From the IMG/VR virus record IMGVR_UViG_3300025598_000045: a stretch of 60,715 bases of DNA. The stretch is one strand, 5' to 3'. The translations under genes and the position numbers were made by a program. This document shows positions 46,610-56,259 of the stretch, piece by piece; position 1 is the first letter of the stretch, and every line of letters starts with the position of its first letter. The notes beneath the pieces are model-generated. The model was not told the DNA's origin. It saw only the letters and a list, made by a program, of their open reading frames with translations, and ran no database searches. The stretch is from an uncultured virus (IMG/VR IMGVR_UViG_3300025598_000045) (taxonomy: Duplodnaviria; Heunggongvirae; Uroviricota; Caudoviricetes).

Positions 46610-46618
46610 GGGGTTTAA

Positions 46619-47011
46619 ATGCCGTATATGGTAATGAGTCATGACACCAATCCAGCCGAGGAAATCTTGAATGAGATTGGGGACATTTCACAAGTAGAAG
46701 TGTTTAATAATCAATTGCTTGTGGCGGTTTATCTCCGCCCCGAGAAGACTAAATCTGGTATTTTCCTGACAGAAAAGCACCGTGATGAAGATCGGTTCCA
46801 AGGCAAAGTTGGCTTGGTGCTGAAAAAAGGCATGTCCGCTTTTGAGGATCATGCTGGTGAATGGTTTAAAGGCGTAAAAATTGACATAAATGACTGGGTT
46901 GTCATGCGTCCTACTGATGGTTGGAGCATCACAGTCAACGGCGTTCTTTGCCGCATGATTGAGGATGTCAACATTAAGGGCCGCGTAGATCATCCAGACC
47001 GCGTTTGGTAA
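46619..47011 (+). CDS. GroES-like co-chaperonin
   Basis: EKTKSGIFL...GLVLKKG...D.V...R.I.D..I. Confidence 0.8.
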   Translation: MPYMVMSHDTNPAEEILNEIGDISQVEVFNNQLLVAVYLRPEKTKSGIFLTEKHRDEDRFQGKVGLVLKKGMSAFEDHAGEWFKGVKIDINDWVVMRPTDGWSITVNGVLCRMIEDVNIKGRVDHPDRVW

Positions 47012-47021
47012 GGAGTAAAAT

Positions 47022-47939
47022 ATGCCAAGAAAAAAGCAAACTGAAAAAGAGCTAGAACCTCAAGTTGAGATTGTCAGTGATGAAGTTACTGCGGAAGAGC
47101 CTGAAATTGAGGTTGTTGCCGTAGAAGAAATCAAAGATGACACCGGTGTAGCGCCGGAAGAAGGCATTGAGGAGCTTCGGAAAAAGCTGGAAGAAGAGCG
47201 TCTGGCGCGTCAAGAGGCCGAAAAACGGGCTCGTGAGGCACAAACGGCTGCAACAAAGGCTGCAAATGAGACCGGCGAACACCGAATCAGTCTTGTTAGC
47301 AGCGCTTTGGACAACTTAAAGCGTGAACAAGACTACCTAAAAGCTAATATTAAAGAGCTTATGGTTGTCGGTGACTATGACCGCGCTGTTGAGATGCAGG
47401 AAGCCTTCCAGCTTAACATTAACAAGATGGTTCAGCTCCAAAATGGGCTGGACGAGCTGAAGCGGGAGCCTGTTAAACAGGTTGAACAGCCGCAACATGA
47501 TGGTCCTACGGTGGATGACCTTATCCAGCGTGTCACACCACGTTCTGCACAGTGGTTGGAGCGCAATAGGTCACACATTCAGGACTCTCGGACCATCCGA
47601 ATCATGGCACGAGCGCATGAAGACGCAATTGACCACGGGATTATCCCCGAATCAGATGCGTATTTTGGGTTTTTGGAGAACCGTTTGGGTCTAAACAAGG
47701 CTCAACCGCGCCAAGAACCGCGTTATGAAGAGCAGGAACCCGTTATGTCAGCGGCTTCTGCCCCGACTCAACGCCGTTCGGCTCCTGCTGCTGCGCCAGT
47801 GTCACGTTCTGGCTCGGTTGGGTCGTCAAATTCACGCACCATCCGGCTTACAGCAGAACAAGTAGAGGCTGCAAAGATTAGCGGCCTCACTCCCAAGGAG
47901 TATTACGACATTCTTCAAGATGAGCGTAATCGGAATTAA
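47022..47939 (+). CDS. Putative scaffolding protein
   Basis: Acidic coiled coil; C-terminal LTAEQVEAAKISGLTPKEY. Confidence 0.65.
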   Translation: MPRKKQTEKELEPQVEIVSDEVTAEEPEIEVVAVEEIKDDTGVAPEEGIEELRKKLEEERLARQEAEKRAREAQTAATKAANETGEHRISLVSSALDNLKREQDYLKANIKELMVVGDYDRAVEMQEAFQLNINKMVQLQNGLDELKREPVKQVEQPQHDGPTVDDLIQRVTPRSAQWLERNRSHIQDSRTIRIMARAHEDAIDHGIIPESDAYFGFLENRLGLNKAQPRQEPRYEEQEPVMSAASAPTQRRSAPAAAPVSRSGSVGSSNSRTIRLTAEQVEAAKISGLTPKEYYDILQDERNRN

Positions 47940-47950
47940 AGGAACATAAC

Positions 47951-48589
47951 ATGAACACCGAATCAAGAGCGCCACGGCGCACAAAACAGGTCCGCAAACC
48001 TTCATTGCTGTCTAAGTCATTGGAAGAAATGACAAAAGACGTTAATGAGATTGTAGAATCAGTCGCCGCCAAGGTGGACGATGTGCTTCCAACTGTGGAT
48101 CGTCCTTCTATGCGACCACCACTACGGGAAGAAGACCCCCGCATTGCGGCTGAACGCCGTGCAGCGGAAATTCTGAACAACATTGGTGACGTAGACCAAG
48201 GCGTTGATGAATTTTTGGCACCTCGTCCGCCGGATGGATGGTCATATGAATGGAAGCGCAAAGAAGTTATGGGTCAGGAACAATCTTCTTATCTGACGCA
48301 GCTTCAATATACTGGCTGGGAGCCTGTTCCATCATCTCGTCATCCAGAAACTATGCCTTTAGGGACTAAAAACGCTATTATTGAGCGTAAAGGCATGATC
48401 CTTATGCAGCGTCCACTTAGTATTACTGAGAAGATGCAGCAGTTGGATAAGAAACGTGCGCGGGATCAGGTTGTTGCCAAACAGCAGCAGCTCAACGAGG
48501 CTCCTCAGGGTCACTTTGAGCGCAACCATCCGCAAGCTCAGGCTCGTGTCAAAAACAGCTACGAGTCTGTTCCTGTGCCACGGGACTAA
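47951..48589 (+). CDS. Hypothetical head-associated protein
   Basis: PPDGWSYEW...GWEPV...GMILM. Confidence 0.6.
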   Translation: MNTESRAPRRTKQVRKPSLLSKSLEEMTKDVNEIVESVAAKVDDVLPTVDRPSMRPPLREEDPRIAAERRAAEILNNIGDVDQGVDEFLAPRPPDGWSYEWKRKEVMGQEQSSYLTQLQYTGWEPVPSSRHPETMPLGTKNAIIERKGMILMQRPLSITEKMQQLDKKRARDQVVAKQQQLNEAPQGHFERNHPQAQARVKNSYESVPVPRD

Positions 48590-48593
48590 TGTC

Positions 48594-48620
48594 AAAAAGG
48601 GGGCTACGGCCCCCTTTACT
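48594..48620. terminator. Intrinsic terminator
   Basis: AAAGGGGGC-TACG-GCCCCCTTT. Confidence 0.75.
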
Positions 48621-48760
48621 TCATGTCATGACATATGTTATGACAAACAGCATGACTTAATAAGTCAACCTTCCCCCGGCGTGGAAGGACCGCCTATTTC
48701 CGGTCTTTGAGTCTCCCCGGTGCGAGATGATGGACTTTCCTGTAAAAAGGAGGAACCATC

Positions 48761-49372
48761 ATGGCTAACGTATCAGCGCCATTCGGTTTCCGTCAATATC
48801 AGGGTACTGGTTCCGCTCCGACCTATGAACAGGTTGCGGCCCTCGTTGCTTACAACGCCAGTGCTATTTACTATGGTGATCCAGTAACTTGGCAGTCAGA
48901 CGGCACTGTTGCCCGTGCTGCTTCTACTGGTGCTACTCCTGCTGCTCTCGGTATTGCAGGTATCTTCCAAGGTTGCCAATACCTCTCGGTTGTTCAGAAG
49001 CGTACCGTTTGGTCAAACTATTGGCCCGGTTCTGACGTTGCTTCCGGCAACTATGTCACAGCTTACATTGTGAATGATCCAAACGCTAAGTTTGTTGCAC
49101 AGTCAGACGCTACTGGCTTGGCAATTGCTGACATTAACTCAACCATCGGTTTTGTTATCGGCTCCGGCAACACTGCAAACGGTCTTTCTGGCGCGTATTT
49201 GGACACGACTACGCTCAACACTTCAACTTACAACGTCTACGCACCGTTCAAAGTGGTTGGTATCGTCAATGATCCTCCCGGCGTTCAAGGCACGTTGTCC
49301 AGCGGTCAGGCTTACGACTATGCCATTGTTTCCTTCAACAATGTCGTAACTCGTAACTTCTCTGGCGTATAA
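48761..49372 (+). CDS. Capsid decoration / minor head protein
   Basis: RBS AGGAGG; precedes the major capsid gene. Confidence 0.6.
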   Translation: MANVSAPFGFRQYQGTGSAPTYEQVAALVAYNASAIYYGDPVTWQSDGTVARAASTGATPAALGIAGIFQGCQYLSVVQKRTVWSNYWPGSDVASGNYVTAYIVNDPNAKFVAQSDATGLAIADINSTIGFVIGSGNTANGLSGAYLDTTTLNTSTYNVYAPFKVVGIVNDPPGVQGTLSSGQAYDYAIVSFNNVVTRNFSGV

Positions 49373-49385
49373 GGAGTAAGGTAAA

Positions 49386-50300
49386 ATGGCTGTCAATTTA
49401 TCGGCAATTAAAGACCTTCTCCTCCCCGGCCTCCGTGGGGTTGAAGGCAAGTACGAGATGATCCCATCTCAGTACGACAAAATCTTCACTAAGCATGAAT
49501 CACGCATGGCTCTGGAACGCACCGCTGAAATGCGTTACCTCGGCTTGGCGCAGTTGAAAACTGAAGGCGGTCAGACCGCTTTTGATAACAACGCTGGTGA
49601 GCGCTACATCTACAATCAGGAACACACTGAAATTGCTCTCGGTTATGCAATTACCCGTAAGGCAATTGATGACAACCTGTACAAAACCCAGTTTGCACCT
49701 TCCAACCTCGGTCTGATTGAATCCTTCCAGCAGACCAAGGAAATTTACGGCGCAAACATCCTAAACACTGCAACCACTTACAACTCCGCAGTCGGCGGTG
49801 ACGGTGTAGCTCTCTGCTCCGCCTCACATCCTATTGACGGTGGCACGGTGTCAAACGTACCGACAACTAACGTGGACTTGAACGAGGCCACACTGTTGAA
49901 CGCTATGATTTCCATCCGTACCAACTTCAAGGATCAGGCTGGTCTGAAGGTGTTTGCTCGTGGCCGTAAGCTCATCATTGCTCCTCAGAACGAGCCAGTG
50001 GCTATCCGTCTGACCAAGACTGAGCTGCGTCCCGGTACTGCCGACAATGACGTGAATGCTATCGGTTTCACGGCTGGTGGTTTGCCAGAAGGCTACATGG
50101 TCAACGACTTCTTGACCTCGGCCTATCCTTGGTTCCTGCTCACAAACATTGACGGTCTCTCCTATATGGAGCGTGTCAAATTTGAGACGGACATGCAAGT
50201 TGACTTCGTCACAGATAACCTGCTGGTTAAGGGCTATGAGCGTTACAGCTTTGGCTACTACAACTGGCGTGCCATCTGGGGCTCCTTCCCAACCTCATAA
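49386..50300 (+). CDS. Major capsid protein
   Basis: L.PGL, KTEG, ALGYAIT..AI.DNLY, GDG.AL.S.SHP, ERYSFG..NWR; 304 aa. Confidence 0.88.
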   Translation: MAVNLSAIKDLLLPGLRGVEGKYEMIPSQYDKIFTKHESRMALERTAEMRYLGLAQLKTEGGQTAFDNNAGERYIYNQEHTEIALGYAITRKAIDDNLYKTQFAPSNLGLIESFQQTKEIYGANILNTATTYNSAVGGDGVALCSASHPIDGGTVSNVPTTNVDLNEATLLNAMISIRTNFKDQAGLKVFARGRKLIIAPQNEPVAIRLTKTELRPGTADNDVNAIGFTAGGLPEGYMVNDFLTSAYPWFLLTNIDGLSYMERVKFETDMQVDFVTDNLLVKGYERYSFGYYNWRAIWGSFPTS

Positions 50301-50311
50301 GGAGTTGACCC

Positions 50312-50875
50312 ATGGCTACTGTTGTCAATGACATGCAACCGGGGTTTTACCCCAACCCAAATGGTTCCCCGGTACAGCCGGGGACCCTGTTCACGGGTCC
50401 TCTCTTGGCAGGTAACGTCTTTCAATCAGACGGTACAGGCAACCTTGCTGCCCTTGCTGGCACAACTGGTACGCAAAATATCGGTTATGTTGTTATGGGT
50501 CAGTCGGAAGTTGTTACTCAGGCTAATGGCGGATGCTCTATCACTATTCCTGCCCAAAGTCAGATTTTGTCCATCACCATGATGGTCACGACTGCTTGGA
50601 CAGGCGCATTAACCACCTTTGCTGTAGGTGCTACAGCGGGTACAACTAACGTCACAGCGTTTGCCCCTTTGACGCAATCTGGGGCTTCCACTGGCCGGGT
50701 GGCTATTTCACCTAGTACAGCGGCTCAGATTGCAAACTGGGACAACATCAGCAACTCCACCTTTCAAACCGGTGGCCCAACTGATGTGCAACTCGTTGTT
50801 ACATCCTCCAACACTGGTTCTGGGGTAGGCACTTTGACTGTGACTTACTTGCAGGGCATTAACAACGCATCCTAA
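50312..50875 (+). CDS. Virion structural protein
   Basis: Beta-rich; follows the capsid gene; RBS AGGAG. Confidence 0.6.
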   Translation: MATVVNDMQPGFYPNPNGSPVQPGTLFTGPLLAGNVFQSDGTGNLAALAGTTGTQNIGYVVMGQSEVVTQANGGCSITIPAQSQILSITMMVTTAWTGALTTFAVGATAGTTNVTAFAPLTQSGASTGRVAISPSTAAQIANWDNISNSTFQTGGPTDVQLVVTSSNTGSGVGTLTVTYLQGINNAS

Positions 50876-50891
50876 TCTGGAGGGATGAAAA

Positions 50892-51407
50892 ATGACTGAA
50901 CGTAAGCATCGGGCATCCGGCGGAGTCAATGAGGCCGCTATGGACGCACATCACAAGAACATGGACTACACCGCTGACAGCAATGTTGCCAAAGAGGCAG
51001 TAAAGCGTAAGCGCGGTGGTCATGTTAAACATCATGGTCATCATGAGCATCATGGTCATCATGCACATCACCCTCTTCATGCTCATCACAAGCATCCTGC
51101 TCATCATGCTCATGGCATGATGGAAGAAGAGCATGAGAAGAAGCGTCATAAGCGTAAGCATGGCGGCGCTCTTCCTCAGACCGGTGAGCATGAAGAGCAT
51201 TACAAGCATGGCGGCGGCACTAAGCACCGCAAACATGCTGGTAAGCACCATGAAATGCACGCTCATGGCGAACATGCCAAGCATCATGCTGGCCGCAAGC
51301 CCCGCAAGTCCGGTGGCCGTTTGGCTGGCAATGAATGGGCTGCTGCTCAGACCAGCACCCCAGCAAAGGGGCGTAATGTCTCTGGCACGTTGTCTAAAGA
51401 ATACTGA
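50892..51407 (+). CDS. Histidine-rich protein with xxGG motifs
   Basis: About 36 His in 171 aa; RASGG, RKRGG, RKHGG, YKHGG, RKSGG. Confidence 0.7.
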   Translation: MTERKHRASGGVNEAAMDAHHKNMDYTADSNVAKEAVKRKRGGHVKHHGHHEHHGHHAHHPLHAHHKHPAHHAHGMMEEEHEKKRHKRKHGGALPQTGEHEEHYKHGGGTKHRKHAGKHHEMHAHGEHAKHHAGRKPRKSGGRLAGNEWAAAQTSTPAKGRNVSGTLSKEY

Positions 51408-51432
51408 TGCCCGCTATCAGTATAGTAACTTG

Positions 51433-51461
51433 ACAGCGGGGGCGAAAATGCCCCCGTTTGT
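51433..51461 (+). terminator. Intrinsic terminator
   Basis: CGGGGGC...GCCCCCG followed by TTTGT. Confidence 0.65.
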
Positions 51462-51477
51462 CTAAAGGGGTGGACAA

Positions 51478-51729
51478 ATGGCTAAATCTCCCGCTTGGCA
51501 ACGCGCTGAAGGCAAATCACCGTCTGGCGGTTTGAGCGCCAAGGGTCGTGCGTCTTACCATTCTGAAACAGGTGGGACGTTGAAAGCTCCGAGCAAAGAT
51601 CATGACAATCCGCGCCACAAGTCATTCTGTGAGCGCATGACAGGAGCAAAGCGCAAACTTACTGGCGCGGCGGCTGCTGCTGATCCTAATAGCCGCATTA
51701 ACAAATCATTGCGTAAGTGGGATTGCTGA
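51478..51729 (+). CDS. Small basic protein (DUF6321-like)
   Basis: GGLSAKGR...R.KSFC.RM...DPNSRINKSLRKWDC. Confidence 0.7.
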   Translation: MAKSPAWQRAEGKSPSGGLSAKGRASYHSETGGTLKAPSKDHDNPRHKSFCERMTGAKRKLTGAAAAADPNSRINKSLRKWDC

Positions 51730-51890
51730 TGACAAAAAAACCTTTTTGGGATACAAAAGCCCCTGAAAGTCATGTGACAAAACATTTGTCACGCAAGCAA
51801 GAAAACCAAGCAAAGGCCCGCGCACGAGCTGCGGGACGGCCTTATCCCAACGCTGTGGATAATATTGCTGTAGCAAAGAAGGGCCGATAA
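51729..51890 (+). CDS. 53-aa basic protein (below ORF-track cutoff)
   Basis: MTKKPFW...AKARARAAGRPYPNAVDN; TGATG coupling. Confidence 0.6.
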   Translation: MTKKPFWDTKAPESHVTKHLSRKQENQAKARARAAGRPYPNAVDNIAVAKKGR

Positions 51891-51891
51891 G

Positions 51892-52692
51892 ATGGGTACT
51901 TTAGACGGTATTAACTCACAAAATTTCTCCATTACACAAAATGGCAGGTATGAGCCTTTTGAGCTGCAAGTATCTCGCGGTCAAATCTCCCTGCATAATC
52001 CTCAGAACGTGTTTGCTTATGGCACAACGCCTGCAACTGCCGGTGTGTTCCGCACCGTGTGGGAAAACATGGCTACAACTGAGTATGTTTTCCCCGGTTC
52101 AGCGCTTACCATGCAGTTAGCAAGTGATACCGCTGGTGACACGGCAACCATTACTATTGTTGGCCTTGACGCTAATTACGCTGTTATTACAGAAAACCTT
52201 GTTCTGAATGGCACGACAAACGTGCCAACTGTAAACCAGTATTTTCGTATCAACCAAATGTTTGTAGCTGTTGGCAGCGCAACAAACCCATCGGGTGTTG
52301 TTACTCTCAAAAACAGCACTGTTACATATGCCCAAATTAACACCGGTGTGTTCAACGGTACTACTTCCAGCCTTGGGCAGACCCAAATGGCAGTGTTTAC
52401 CGTTCCTGCTGGTTATACATTTTATGGATACCGTTACGGTGCTTATTCGTCTTTCAACGGCAATACAGCCAACTACACAACTTACCGCGCACTTACGAAC
52501 TCTTCTGCGGGTGTGCAAAAGATGATTGTGCAGACACCGTTTAACACAACTTATGAAGTGCAACGTCATTTCCCGCTACCATATGCTGAAAAGACGGATT
52601 TGCGGTGGCAGATTGCATCCAGCGCTGCAACAGCAGCAACGGTCAGCATTAACATTGGCGGTATTCTGGTTAAGAACTCCGGCACACTGTAA
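51892..52692 (+). CDS. Virion structural protein
   Basis: Beta-rich; in late operon. Confidence 0.6.
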   Translation: MGTLDGINSQNFSITQNGRYEPFELQVSRGQISLHNPQNVFAYGTTPATAGVFRTVWENMATTEYVFPGSALTMQLASDTAGDTATITIVGLDANYAVITENLVLNGTTNVPTVNQYFRINQMFVAVGSATNPSGVVTLKNSTVTYAQINTGVFNGTTSSLGQTQMAVFTVPAGYTFYGYRYGAYSSFNGNTANYTTYRALTNSSAGVQKMIVQTPFNTTYEVQRHFPLPYAEKTDLRWQIASSAATAATVSINIGGILVKNSGTL

Positions 52693-52701
52693 GGATGTCC
52701 T

Positions 52702-53391
52702 ATGACCACCAGCGGGACATACGCATTTAATCCAAGTTTAGGTGAATTAACCCTATATTCATTTAACCTCTGCGGGATTAGGAACACGGCGCTTCTGCAA
52801 GAGCATATGGAAGCGGCGCGTATGTCGTCAAACCTCATGCTGGCGCGGTGGTCAAACCAAGGTGTAAACCTGTGGGCAGTTGACCTTGTAACCGTGCCAT
52901 TGGTAGCTGGGCAATCAACTTACTCGGTTGACGCTAACACTGTCATGATTCTTGACGCTTACTTGGGCATTACAAATTCTGGTTCCGAGATAGACCGAAT
53001 CATCATGCCTATTTCCCGCACGGAATATGCGTCATATCCAAATAAGTCACAGCAAGGGTTCACAACTGTTTACTGGTTTGACCGGTTACTGTCGCCGACA
53101 ATTACCCTTTGGCCCGTTCCTGATGGTAATAGCGCACAAGTTCTAAAGTATTACCGTGTTCGTCAAATCCAAGATTCAAACTTTACCAGCGGCCAAAATG
53201 TTGAAATTCCTTACAGGTGGTTGGAAGCATTTGCTTATGGTTTGGCAGCAAGGCTTGCAGTAATGTTCTCTCCTGATAAAGTTGCCATTTTAAAGCCGCT
53301 GGCGGATGAATCATATCAGATTGCCGCAGATCAGGACACGGAATGGGTGCAACAGTACATTTCTCCGCAAATAAGTGGTTATTTCCGATGA
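52702..53391 (+). CDS. Head-tail adaptor protein
   Basis: WSNQGVNLW, ISRTEYASYPNK, LWPVPD; late operon position. Confidence 0.6.
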   Translation: MTTSGTYAFNPSLGELTLYSFNLCGIRNTALLQEHMEAARMSSNLMLARWSNQGVNLWAVDLVTVPLVAGQSTYSVDANTVMILDAYLGITNSGSEIDRIIMPISRTEYASYPNKSQQGFTTVYWFDRLLSPTITLWPVPDGNSAQVLKYYRVRQIQDSNFTSGQNVEIPYRWLEAFAYGLAARLAVMFSPDKVAILKPLADESYQIAADQDTEWVQQYISPQISGYFR

Positions 53392-54020
53392 ATATATTTT
53401 ATGTATATGAACATTGGAGAACAGATAAAGATGAATGCTTTTATGTAGGTAAAGGCAAAGGAAAACGCGCATATAATATGAGTTCAAGAAATTTTTACCA
53501 TAAATCTATTCAAAAAAAGTTGTTTAGGAGTGGATTCGCGGTTGAAATCAAAATAGTGGCAAGCGGATTGTCGGAAAATGATGCTTTTACATTAGAGTGT
53601 GAAAGAATTTTGTTTTGGAAAACCAATAACGTCAATTTGGCTAATTTGTCTTTTGGCGGCGAAGGTAAAACTGGCAAGCATTCCGAAGAACATAAAACAA
53701 AAATTTCATTAGCCTTAAAAGGTAAAAAGAAACAACAATCAGTAATTAACGCAATAATAGCCTCAAACAAAAAAAGAAAAGGCGCTAAATTACCTAAAAG
53801 GACCGAAAAGCATAAGGAAATGCTATCTAAATCTTTAGTTGGCAGGTTTGGTGCTGGTAGTAAAAAAGTTATATGTCTTAATGATTCCGTTACATATAAT
53901 TCAGCGGCTGAAGCCACCGCTTTTTACGGATTAAAATCTGTTTCTTGCATTTCATTGGTTTGCACAGGCAAGCGCAAAACTGCCGCAGGAAGAGTATTCA
54001 AATATTTAGAGGAGGCGTAA
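53388..54020 (+). CDS. Free-standing GIY-YIG homing endonuclease with NUMOD-like motifs
   Basis: FYVYEH...FYVGKG...R; N...GGEG; HSEEHKTKIS; C-terminal HTH; AT-rich. Confidence 0.85.
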   Translation: MNIFYVYEHWRTDKDECFYVGKGKGKRAYNMSSRNFYHKSIQKKLFRSGFAVEIKIVASGLSENDAFTLECERILFWKTNNVNLANLSFGGEGKTGKHSEEHKTKISLALKGKKKQQSVINAIIASNKKRKGAKLPKRTEKHKEMLSKSLVGRFGAGSKKVICLNDSVTYNSAAEATAFYGLKSVSCISLVCTGKRKTAAGRVFKYLEEA

Positions 54021-54869
54021 ATGGGTTACGCTTCCAGATCAGGCAGAGCGCATACTAATCCTTCAAACCCACAAGCATTTGCCATTTGTGACAGGTGCGG
54101 GTTTACCTATAATCATGTCAATTTGCGGTGGCAGTTTGACTGGCGCGGCACTTCTTTGCAAAATTTGCGTTTGTTGGTTTGCAGCCGTTGTTACGACGAG
54201 CCGCAGGAGCAGTTACGAGCCATAGTGGTTCCTGCTGATCCCGTGCCAATTCAAAATCCGCGTATTCAGGATTATGTCACGGCTGAAGTTGATGATTTGT
54301 TTGCACAGACACCGTTTACAACCGCGCCATATGTCGGTATTCCTGTGCCACAGGGCGCTGATTTGACGACAGAAAGCGGTGTCAATATTACGACACAACC
54401 TGTCGGGCCTCCGCTCGGGCTGGACCCAAATGGCATTATGCCGCTCAAAGATATTACATTCTTTGATGTTAAACTGAATGTTGCGTCAATAACAACCATT
54501 GGCACGGATGTCATAACTGTCATCTGCAATACTCCGCATGGCCTTGTCACAAACAGCCAAGTGGCGGTAACTGGCACGTCCAACAACCAAATCATGGGCT
54601 TTTACAGCGTGACAGTTGTAAATGACCTTGTATTTACTTATGAAATTGTCCCGTTCCAAACTGTTGTTCCGGGGTCTTGGTACACAAACACCACCATTGT
54701 TGCGGCATGTTCTGTCGGGTTGCCATACAATTACCAGCAGATTCCAATCATTGGCATCGGTAATTTTGACGGCAAATCTACCGCTTATCAGTTTGTTAAT
54801 AATTCAGGGCAACCTGTTTATTTCCAAGAGAATAACGGGAACATTGCATGGTGGTATTTTAACCAGTGA
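54021..54869 (+). CDS. Virion protein with N-terminal Cys motif
   Basis: CDRCGF...VCSRC.D.PQ..LR. Confidence 0.6.
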   Translation: MGYASRSGRAHTNPSNPQAFAICDRCGFTYNHVNLRWQFDWRGTSLQNLRLLVCSRCYDEPQEQLRAIVVPADPVPIQNPRIQDYVTAEVDDLFAQTPFTTAPYVGIPVPQGADLTTESGVNITTQPVGPPLGLDPNGIMPLKDITFFDVKLNVASITTIGTDVITVICNTPHGLVTNSQVAVTGTSNNQIMGFYSVTVVNDLVFTYEIVPFQTVVPGSWYTNTTIVAACSVGLPYNYQQIPIIGIGNFDGKSTAYQFVNNSGQPVYFQENNGNIAWWYFNQ

Positions 54870-54900
54870 TAGTATATAATTATCACTGTTTTGGAGAAGC

Positions 54901-55890
54901 ATGATGTCTTTGCCTGTATCAGTCACATACACATTTGGCACAATGACAGGCATTGTGGCTGCGTCTGACCTTGACGTTAATTTTAGTCAGCTTGTTGCGG
55001 GGATTAACGGTATTGGCACGGGGGCAAACCCGCTTACGGCTGCTTCTATCACAGGATCAAGTACTTGGAGTGGCGCACCTATTGGCGTGACATATGGTGG
55101 CACGGGTGTCACAGCAACTCCAGCTTATGGACAATTGCTGATTGGGAATGGCACAGGTTACACGCTTGCTACGCTGACAGCAGGCTCCAATATTACTATT
55201 ACAAACACATCTGGGGCCATTCAGATTGCTGCTGCCAGCCCAGTCGGACCTACTGGACCAACAGGTACTATCGGACCGACAGGCCCTACGGGGAACACAG
55301 GGCTACGCGGCCCAACCGGGCCAACTGGAACTGGGGCAACCGGTCCTACTGGGTCTTTTGGTCCTACCGGCCCCACCGGACCTAGCAGCTTAGGCCCGAC
55401 CGGTCCTACTGGGCCTGCTTCAACGGTTCCCGGCCCTACAGGCCCCGGAGGCTCTGGTCCTACTGGACCAACTGGAAATTATGGCCCTGTTGGCCCAACT
55501 GGCCCCACCGGAACTGGACCGACTGGTCCAACTGGTCCTATTGGTGCCAACGGTTTGCCGGGCGTTACAGGCCCTACCGGTCCAACTGGAACGGGGCCTA
55601 CTGGTCCTACTGGTATTAAAGGGCCAACCGGGCCTACTGGGCCAACTGGCACTGGACCTACTGGGCCTACGGGCGCGGCATCAACAGTTGCTGGCCCTAC
55701 CGGCCCGACAGGATTGGGCGGTCCTACCGGCACCAGCGGACCTACTGGACCAACAGGTCCAAGTGTTTCATTGCCTGTATCCATTGCAAATGGTGGTACC
55801 GGTCAAACAACTGCATCTGCGGCCCTTAATGCTTTGGGTGGCGCATCAACTGGTAAAGCCATTGCGATGGCTCTTGTATTCGGAGGTTAA
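54901..55890 (+). CDS. Collagen-like (Gly-Pro-Thr) fibre protein
   Basis: Long interrupted GPT repeats. Confidence 0.9.
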   Translation: MMSLPVSVTYTFGTMTGIVAASDLDVNFSQLVAGINGIGTGANPLTAASITGSSTWSGAPIGVTYGGTGVTATPAYGQLLIGNGTGYTLATLTAGSNITITNTSGAIQIAAASPVGPTGPTGTIGPTGPTGNTGLRGPTGPTGTGATGPTGSFGPTGPTGPSSLGPTGPTGPASTVPGPTGPGGSGPTGPTGNYGPVGPTGPTGTGPTGPTGPIGANGLPGVTGPTGPTGTGPTGPTGIKGPTGPTGPTGTGPTGPTGAASTVAGPTGPTGLGGPTGTSGPTGPTGPSVSLPVSIANGGTGQTTASAALNALGGASTGKAIAMALVFGG

Positions 55891-55893
55891 CCA

Positions 55894-56259
55894 ATGGCAG
55901 GCAACCCAAATATTGTTAATGTTACATCCATTTATGGCGGTACTGCGGTTCAATCCGTGGGAAACAGCCTTACAGCTCTTGTGACAAATGCTGCGGCTAG
56001 TGGCACTATTGTTAAAGTTGATACGCTGATTTTGACAAACACTGACTCCGCTGGTCATACTATCATTGTGGATGTTTATCGGTCATCAACCTCTTATCCT
56101 ATCTCATACAACGTCAGTATCCCTCCTGCTTCCATTTATGATGTTTTGGCAAAATACATTTATCTTTTGGAAGGGGATACTTTGCGCGTTTCGGCGGATA
56201 CAGCAAGCAAAGTTACAGCAGTTTGCTCTTATGAAGTTATTGCGGGGCCAGCAACGTAA
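55894..56259 (+). CDS. Fibre adaptor / small virion protein
   Basis: Beta-rich; follows the collagen gene. Confidence 0.55.
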   Translation: MAGNPNIVNVTSIYGGTAVQSVGNSLTALVTNAAASGTIVKVDTLILTNTDSAGHTIIVDVYRSSTSYPISYNVSIPPASIYDVLAKYIYLLEGDTLRVSADTASKVTAVCSYEVIAGPAT

